61,708 nt of DNA from a virus (lineage: Duplodnaviria > Caudoviricetes): positions 1 to 61,708 of the IMG/VR virus record IMGVR_UViG_3300047457_001340. One strand, 5' to 3'. The notes below the pieces were generated by a model, which saw nothing but the letters and a program-made list of their open reading frames with translations, searched no databases and had not been told where the DNA came from. Shown in pieces: positions 9,541 through 15,789 of the stretch. Position numbers and translations under genes: made by a program. How positions within the stretch are numbered: position 1 is the stretch's first letter; the number at the start of each line of letters is the position of its first letter.

Positions 9541-10365
9541 TTAAAACGCCGTGAATTGAAGGTCCGTTCCGTAGTGGGCCTTCAACTGCATCGTGAGCTT
9601 ATCTCTCTCTGCTGTTAGCTCCTGAAGCCTTTGAGAAAGCCACTGAGGTCCTGCATTGCCAGTGCTTTGAGAAAGGCCGTCGATACCTACGCCAAACGAG
9701 TTAATGGGGAAAATGGCGGGCCCCATCTGTGAAAGAACAGCAATGGCGGCCATAACGCCAATGCAATGATTAACAATGTGTGGAATCTTATCGTTCTCAA
9801 ATCCTGCAACATAAGTGATGCGCCAGACATTGGGCCACATCTGCTGCCCACCCAGTGCCAATGCGCGGCCAGTGATGGAGAAAACAAAGTTGGCATCGGC
9901 GTTATTGATGGAGCCTGAGGTGGGGACAATGCGGATTAGGCCATTATCTTCTTGGGTGGTAACCCAATCGGTGGGGTAGGAGTATTCCTGTCCTTCCGCT
10001 CTTCCCGGCCAGAGGGCCTCAAGCTTCTCTACCTTCAGAAGAGGCCAGCGTGCCAGCCTGTGCGGAGAAAACTCCATGTCATCTGGACGCTTGAAGTCAA
10101 ACTTCTCTACATTTCTAACTGGGCTTACTGGGATTCTGATGGAAGATTCAAATTCAGACACTGCAGTGAGAATGAAATCCTGCAAGTCTTCGTCATCAAG
10201 CTCGTCATCTGTCATTGCTGCCTTGAGCGGCACTCCAAACAGATACTTCTTCTTGAACTTCTTTGGGCTCAGAAGCGGTCCCACTCTTGTGAAGCTGGGG
10301 TCTCCATTGCCTTGGTTTAGGGGTGTTGGCTGCCCAATCACTGGGCTGTCCTTTGAATCTGCCAT
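9541..10365 (-). CDS. Head completion/adaptor protein (SPO1/Twort-like)
   Basis: YLFG, ITYVAGF..IP and GIDGLSQS motifs. Confidence 0.65.
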   Translation of the reverse strand: MADSKDSPVIGQPTPLNQGNGDPSFTRVGPLLSPKKFKKKYLFGVPLKAAMTDDELDDEDLQDFILTAVSEFESSIRIPVSPVRNVEKFDFKRPDDMEFSPHRLARWPLLKVEKLEALWPGRAEGQEYSYPTDWVTTQEDNGLIRIVPTSGSINNADANFVFSITGRALALGGQQMWPNVWRITYVAGFENDKIPHIVNHCIGVMAAIAVLSQMGPAIFPINSFGVGIDGLSQSTGNAGPQWLSQRLQELTAERDKLTMQLKAHYGTDLQFTAF

Positions 10366-11047
10366 ACCTATATTGTACTAGCAAACCCTTAGGGCCATAA
10401 TTGGCCTTAAGCCAATTTTCGGCCTCTTTACAAGTAGATGTGGGGTGCTCTTGGAAGTAGCGGATGGCAACTCCACCCATTCGGGCTGCGCTGAATGAGG
10501 TGCCTCCTGCATCTTTGGGCGACCTTTCTAGGTAGGTGTCGCCAGCGTTGGCTATGGGGTCCTTGTTGCCCTTAATGGTTGTAGATACAGAGACAAGGCA
10601 GGGCAGGTCATACTTGGCTGGGAATCCGGGCTCGTCTAGGCCCTCATTTCCAGCTGCCACCACCACGAGTATGCCGCTGGAGGTGGCTCTTTTGATTGCA
10701 GAAAACTCAGCAATATCGGGTTTTTGTCCATTAAGGGAGAGGGATATAACTTTGGGTTTTTTGTCAGTAGCCTCTTCAATTGCCTTGGGAAGGTCCGAGA
10801 TATTATGCCAAATAACTTGCTCAGCCCTCACTGGCTTGACATCCTCAATGCTGAGTTGGTCATCGAGGGATTGGGCGACCTGTGTCCCATGGACATTCCA
10901 GCAGGCCTCTGGCCTATTGATGGGCATGTTCAAATAGCCAGTGTGTGACTTGGTGTTTCCCGTATCAACCTGAATGATTTCTATACCGTCAGCTAGGGCT
11001 GAGGTAGATAAAGACAGTGCTATTATGTATTTGACCCAATTGCTCAT
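10205..11047 (-). CDS. Secreted subtilisin-like (S8) serine protease
   Basis: Signal peptide; triad motifs VDTG, HGTQVA, GTSFSA and oxyanion AAGNEG; 3' end overlaps the next gene. Confidence 0.85.
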   Translation of the reverse strand: MSNWVKYIIALSLSTSALADGIEIIQVDTGNTKSHTGYLNMPINRPEACWNVHGTQVAQSLDDQLSIEDVKPVRAEQVIWHNISDLPKAIEEATDKKPKVISLSLNGQKPDIAEFSAIKRATSSGILVVVAAGNEGLDEPGFPAKYDLPCLVSVSTTIKGNKDPIANAGDTYLERSPKDAGGTSFSAARMGGVAIRYFQEHPTSTCKEAENWLKANYGPKGLLVQYRYGRFKGQPSDWAANTPKPRQWRPQLHKSGTASEPKEVQEEVSVWSAAQGSNDR

Positions 11048-11084
11048 GTACAATTGTACGCAAGTGGGCTAGTAGGCGATAGGA

Positions 11085-11420
11085 TTAGGATTCTTCGGTG
11101 AGATAGAGATAAAGGAGGGCAGAGCTTGCCACAATGTATTCGTGGCTGCCTGAATTAAGAAATGTCTTTTCGTTTGGTAGAATGGGAATGGCTTCTGCTG
11201 GGTCTATTGATGGGGTGACGGTGTTGTCGCCAAAGCGGACGAATTCGGTAGTGCCTGAGGGGTTGTAGACGACGCAGGTTCTTGATTTATTTACCCTTTT
11301 TGCAACACTAAAGGTTCCTGCTGGGTCCATGGCAATGCCAGCATCGGCCTGACGGTAGACCTGAGATCTGTCGTCGTAGGTGACTTGATTGATTTTTGCT
11401 GGGTCAGTGACTTTCTTCAT
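11085..11420 (-). CDS. Hypothetical, probably structural protein
   Basis: 111-aa beta-rich ORF in operon. Confidence 0.6.
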   Translation of the reverse strand: MKKVTDPAKINQVTYDDRSQVYRQADAGIAMDPAGTFSVAKRVNKSRTCVVYNPSGTTEFVRFGDNTVTPSIDPAEAIPILPNEKTFLNSGSHEYIVASSALLYLYLTEES

Positions 11421-11646
11421 TTTTATCCTCCACTTGACCCACTTCGCCTTTTGACCACTTCAGGCGTCTGCCAAAATAGAGTGCAGCTGAACCAAACCAC
11501 CACTCGCTGACGAGGTTGATATCCTTAGCTTTTCCAGCCAAGGAAAGCCCTATGGCCACAACCATACAGACAGTAGCCAAGATCAGATGTCCCAAGGACA
11601 CTGATGGCTTTCCGTCTTTTGGGTCTATTGGCCAAGGTATGTTCAC
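11404..11646 (-). CDS. Small membrane protein, possible holin
   Basis: Two hydrophobic segments, charged C-terminus, YFGRR. Confidence 0.5.
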   Translation of the reverse strand: MNIPWPIDPKDGKPSVSLGHLILATVCMVVAIGLSLAGKAKDINLVSEWWFGSAALYFGRRLKWSKGEVGQVEDKNEESH

Positions 11647-11972
11647 TGAATTAAAACTTCCTTAATGATCTTAATAATATAATACACTACAGCAGGTAGA
11701 CCCAAAAAGGTCATGGCAAGCTTTCCATAGGCATTTACCTTGTAGACATGCTCTTCAATGGGCTTAAGCCTATTGTCAACTTTTTCAGACTGATTGGCAA
11801 TCGCATCTTCATTTTGCTGAGTGCGTTTGATGTGAATCTCAAGCTGCTCGGTGTTCCTGATGAGCGTGGTATTCATTACCTTCAATTCTTCGGTAATCTC
11901 ATTCAGTTTATCGGAGTGGTGCTCAAGAATCACTCCCATTTCCTTAAATTCTGCGTAATCTTTTTTATCCAT
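11643..11972 (-). CDS. Coiled-coil protein with C-terminal TM (XhlA/holin-like)
   Basis: Heptad region followed by a single C-terminal hydrophobic helix. Confidence 0.5.
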   Translation of the reverse strand: MDKKDYAEFKEMGVILEHHSDKLNEITEELKVMNTTLIRNTEQLEIHIKRTQQNEDAIANQSEKVDNRLKPIEEHVYKVNAYGKLAMTFLGLPAVVYYIIKIIKEVLIQ

Positions 11973-12030
11973 AAAACAACCCCTAGGGGTATTCTATACC
12001 TATAAGGTTAGGTATTCGACCAAAACAATA

Positions 12031-12067
12031 AGAGAAAGCCCCCACAGCATGAGCCATGGGGGCCTTC
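12031..12067 (-). terminator. Intrinsic terminator
   Basis: AGGCCCCCATGG-loop-CTGTGGGGGCTT followed by a U-rich tract on the - strand, downstream of the fibre gene. Confidence 0.7.
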
Positions 12068-12092
12068 CTAACTACTTAATTATCTAAGCAAA

Positions 12093-13580
12093 TTAGACGC
12101 GATAAGCGTATTTTGCTCTGATAACATCGCCCGCAGCGAGGGCTTCTTCTCCTGCTGGGAGCAGAGCGCCTGCGACAACCGAAACGGTATAATCAGCGGT
12201 TTGGTGGATAGCAAGGCGATCAACATACATGTTGAGAGACAGTGCTTCAACTTCGTGGCCGAGGTCGATGTAGCCGTTGGAGATATCTCCAGATGTGATC
12301 GTGAACACTTCTTGATTGAACAAGAAATGATCGGCTTCGAGGGAGGTGATGCGGCCATCGAGACCCCCTTCAGCTGACGTTGCGCGGGCAACTTCAACTG
12401 CCAAATTAGCGGTGAGAACGCCTTCAGCATTTTCAGCGCGGCTAACTTCAGCTGCGAGATCAGCGGTCAATACGCCTTCAGCTGCCGTAGCGCGGCTAAC
12501 TTCAGCTGCCAAATTAGCAGTGAGGACGCCTTCAGCTGCCGTAGCGCGGCTAACTTCGTCAATGACAGACTGAGCGAGAGAAGCTTCGGCTGCTTGAGCG
12601 CGGGCAACTTCAGTTGCGATCTGACCATTGAGATTATTATACGCTGCCGCATCGTCAATTTGATTCTGAAGCTCAGCTGCTTGAGCGCGGCTGATTTCAT
12701 CAGCAATAGACTGGGCAAGAGAAGCTTCAGCTGCTTGAGCGCGACTGATTTCTGCAGACAATGCTGCGGAGTTGCCAGAAGCCAAGGAGCTGATAGCACC
12801 CTGCAAGCTGCCATCAGCTGCTTGGAATGCTGCAACAATCTCGGTGAGAGAGTTGAGGGCTATTGGGTCGGAATTGCTAACAATGAAGCTAATCTGCGAC
12901 TGGAGCGATGCTTCAGCTGCGGTAGCGCGAGACACTTCGGCAGAAAACTGATCAAAGTTAACAGAGTCGCCAGAAGAATCGCCAACTGCGAGGTTGGTGA
13001 TCTTGCGGACATTCATGTTGAGGTCTGCTCCAGAGATGGATAGGAGGATGTCGTCCGCCACGTTCTCCATCTTGAATTCAACGGTTTGTCCCGTGTTGTC
13101 ATTGTACATTCCAATGACATTCTTATGGATACCATTGGTGTCATCGGCGTAGCTATGCATATAGCTTTCCCACATGCCGTCGGCGCTATAGGAATTGAGC
13201 ACTGCCGATAAGTCCGAAAGGACGTGGTTAGCCAAATGACCACTCCAGCCCTGAATATCGCCAACAACAACCATACTTCCGTTTGCGGTGACGGTGTGGT
13301 CTAAACCACTAACTGCTAAGTATGCAGGATTTGATCCCGGAATACTCGGATTGGCTTTACCGATAAGGGTGACGGTCTCGCCCTCAACGTCGGTTCTGCT
13401 GTACTCATTTTTGATCATAAGGGTGTCGGTGTTTCCGACGCCATCTGTACCAAGCATGATTAAGTCTTTAACGGTAACATTGTCAATAGACTTAGCTTTG
13501 AACGCATCATTGTTCAGCATCAAAATCTTTGAGCCGTCAATGGCAGCGTCCATTATATGTTTCTTTTTAATCTGTTGCAT
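12093..13580 (-). CDS. Fibre/decoration protein with coiled-coil repeats
   Basis: RKITNLAVG..DSVNFDQ fibre motif; multiple EVSRATAAE-type repeats. Confidence 0.7.
   Translation of the reverse strand: MQQIKKKHIMDAAIDGSKILMLNNDAFKAKSIDNVTVKDLIMLGTDGVGNTDTLMIKNEYSRTDVEGETVTLIGKANPSIPGSNPAYLAVSGLDHTVTANGSMVVVGDIQGWSGHLANHVLSDLSAVLNSYSADGMWESYMHSYADDTNGIHKNVIGMYNDNTGQTVEFKMENVADDILLSISGADLNMNVRKITNLAVGDSSGDSVNFDQFSAEVSRATAAEASLQSQISFIVSNSDPIALNSLTEIVAAFQAADGSLQGAISSLASGNSAALSAEISRAQAAEASLAQSIADEISRAQAAELQNQIDDAAAYNNLNGQIATEVARAQAAEASLAQSVIDEVSRATAAEGVLTANLAAEVSRATAAEGVLTADLAAEVSRAENAEGVLTANLAVEVARATSAEGGLDGRITSLEADHFLFNQEVFTITSGDISNGYIDLGHEVEALSLNMYVDRLAIHQTADYTVSVVAGALLPAGEEALAAGDVIRAKYAYRV
12370..12760 (-). 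repeat. 54-bp (18-aa) coding tandem repeats
   Basis: TTCAGCTGCCGTAGCGCGGCTAACTTC recurs at a 54-nt period; encodes EVSRATAAEGVLTANLAA-like units. Confidence 0.85.
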
Positions 13581-13614
13581 AATTTAAAGCCCCTCCTTGG
13601 GGCAATAATTAGGT

Positions 13615-13971
13615 TTATTCTACATAGGAGATGAAAAGACGTTCTCCGGCCTCTAAGAACCCATCGAGTCCAAGGCCGTCCCACGAAATCTCATTCCCAT
13701 TAATCAATATAAAGTCTTCCCCGTAGACTTGAGGTATTCCGCCCTCAGGTTGTAAAAAAATGTTTGTGAAGGATGGGGTGGCTGATAACACAACTTTTTT
13801 TGCGGATATATCGCCCGAACTTAGGGTGATAACATCTTGTTTTGGTTGAAGACCGCTTACCGAGGTAACAATTAAATCTATTGCTTCCTGAACCGTATTG
13901 GCTGATAGCGAGCTAGAGGTTGAGTCGTATGGTACAGATGCTGCGTGTGGCAGAATGATTGGTGCTGGCAT
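13615..13971 (-). CDS. Structural/decoration protein
   Basis: ANTVQEAID motif; C-terminal domain resembles the C-terminus of 12093..13580 (ITLSSGDIS vs FTITSGDIS). Confidence 0.6.
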   Translation of the reverse strand: MPAPIILPHAASVPYDSTSSSLSANTVQEAIDLIVTSVSGLQPKQDVITLSSGDISAKKVVLSATPSFTNIFLQPEGGIPQVYGEDFILINGNEISWDGLGLDGFLEAGERLFISYVE

Positions 13972-14669
13972 TATCCAACCTCCCAGATGCGGGCTTCACT
14001 GGTTCCGGCACTTCTCACCAGATAAACACTCATGTTTTCGCTTGCCGCGATGAACATCATCTGGTTCTGAAAGATGGGAATTCCATTGGATGGGGTCACT
14101 GCAGCCGAAAAGCCAAAGTAGTTTCCGCCTGTTAAGCACATGATATAGATGCCCTTGCGATTGGCAAGCTTCGTTGCTCCGCCAAGAGCTTCTGCTGCGG
14201 TGGAGGTGATGGTGAGGGCAGCTCCCTGGGCGGTGCCATTAAAGCCATCGGTAACCTTAAGTTCACCAGCTTCGCTATACTCGGGGTTAAGTGTTTTGCC
14301 AGCGGCATTAACCTGAACAGTTCGCATTGCAACTGCAGGCTCTTCTTCATAAATAGAACGCTGAATTTCTTGGAGGGGGATGACGGGTCTAGGCTGTTCA
14401 TTTGCATAAATGAACGAGGTTCCAGAGGCGTATGCCGACAAGTCCACTCTCTCACTGATTTTACCCCCAACCGGGCCTAATTCGAGTGTGGTGTCGGAAG
14501 AAACGCGCTTCACTTCAAGAGCAAGGCTCGGAAGCATGGCGGTGGACTCAAGGACAATGACTTGCTTGACCCTAAACCCATTGGTTGATTCTAGTGTAAC
14601 CTTGCCTCTAGACGTACCTGCTGAGACAAAAGTGGCAGGGGGCACACTGGCCCAATGTTTCTCAATCAT
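13971..14669 (-). CDS. Structural protein
   Basis: 232-aa beta-rich, Ser/Thr/Ala-rich ORF in the structural operon. Confidence 0.55.
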   Translation of the reverse strand: MIEKHWASVPPATFVSAGTSRGKVTLESTNGFRVKQVIVLESTAMLPSLALEVKRVSSDTTLELGPVGGKISERVDLSAYASGTSFIYANEQPRPVIPLQEIQRSIYEEEPAVAMRTVQVNAAGKTLNPEYSEAGELKVTDGFNGTAQGAALTITSTAAEALGGATKLANRKGIYIMCLTGGNYFGFSAAVTPSNGIPIFQNQMMFIAASENMSVYLVRSAGTSEARIWEVG

Positions 14670-14744
14670 GCTAACCCTTTAGCTTAATATTTTCCTATAG
14701 CGATGAGGCCGATCCCCACACGCTTTATGAAATTATTACACTTT

Positions 14745-15095
14745 TTAGGTAGAATCTTCTTCTGGGGAAGAAATATTTACATGATTGAAGGGGACTACAA
14801 GGCTGTCCACCTCGGGAAATGAGATGTTAAATATGTCTCTACCGCCTTGGTTGACGGCAAAGGTTACACCATATATCCATGCCCTTGCTAGTAGGGTGCT
14901 ATCGCTTAATGGCGATGGGCCACCTGAGTAGTATCTTATGGCCTGTTCCCTCACCGTTTCTTTGTTTAAATCCTGTGGAATCAATGACTTATCAATCTTT
15001 TTCGACATGATTGATATGGCCGAATTAAAGCCGTCACTAGGGTCAAACCACACTAAGTCACTGTTATAAAAAGCGAATTTATTTGAGAGCGTCAT
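14745..15095 (-). CDS. Hypothetical protein
   Basis: ORF; probable start at the ATG at 15095. Confidence 0.5.
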   Translation of the reverse strand: MTLSNKFAFYNSDLVWFDPSDGFNSAISIMSKKIDKSLIPQDLNKETVREQAIRYYSGGPSPLSDSTLLARAWIYGVTFAVNQGGRDIFNISFPEVDSLVVPFNHVNISSPEEDST

Positions 15096-15345
15096 TGAGG
15101 AGGTCCAAAAGATCAGATTTAGATTGCATGATATAAGTATCTTCTGGACCAAAGTCTGTATAAGTGACAGTCAAGACATATCCCCCATTGGTGGCTGGCT
15201 TGATGACAAAGGCATCGACAAAAGCTTCCTCGATCTGAGCTTCAATTTTGCTCTTTTTTCTGCCTCCGACAATCAGTTGAATGGGCTCCTTGCCCTTATT
15301 CTTGTCATCGCTGCCGTCATTTCCACCATTATTATTATCGCTCAT
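15079..15345 (-). CDS. Hypothetical protein
   Basis: 88-aa ORF with RBS and upstream promoter motif. Confidence 0.65.
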   Translation of the reverse strand: MSDNNNGGNDGSDDKNKGKEPIQLIVGGRKKSKIEAQIEEAFVDAFVIKPATNGGYVLTVTYTDFGPEDTYIMQSKSDLLDLLNDALK

Positions 15346-15369
15346 AAGGTTGCCTTTCTTTATACGGAA

Positions 15370-15789
15370 TTAGGGATTAAAGAACCTGTTGCCAGACCTT
15401 GGGGCAAAGATTTGAAAATGCACCCAGTTGGGCGTAGCACTAAAGCTCTCGCACCAAAGGCCCGCCTGCTCAAGTGTGGACACATTCGCCAAACACCAAG
15501 CCTGAAGCTCTTGGTTGGGGTCGGAGATATCCAAAGCCGCACCCTTTAAGTGCTGCGATTTCATAGGCACCTTAGATTCATCGAATGGGACTCCAGCCTT
15601 CTCAGCTTTTTCCCTATAGATTCTCAGGTGATCGGCCATGGTTCTCAGACCTGAAGTCACGGTCATTGGCTTGCCGTAGGCCTCCCTGATCTTATTCACC
15701 TTGGCAATGAGGATTGCTAGGTTTGCCCTCACATCCTCGGGCTGATCTTCAAGCTTTGCGCCTTTTAAAACTTCCTTGAGGGTAATCAT
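15370..15789 (-). CDS. Peptidase M15-family endolysin
   Basis: VTSGLR, SQHLKGAALD (H-x6-D) and WVH zinc ligands. Confidence 0.85.
   Translation of the reverse strand: MITLKEVLKGAKLEDQPEDVRANLAILIAKVNKIREAYGKPMTVTSGLRTMADHLRIYREKAEKAGVPFDESKVPMKSQHLKGAALDISDPNQELQAWCLANVSTLEQAGLWCESFSATPNWVHFQIFAPRSGNRFFNP

Noticed and set aside
12370-12760. Regularly spaced repeats as a CRISPR array
   Set aside because: In-frame coding repeats with degenerate third positions and no unique spacers
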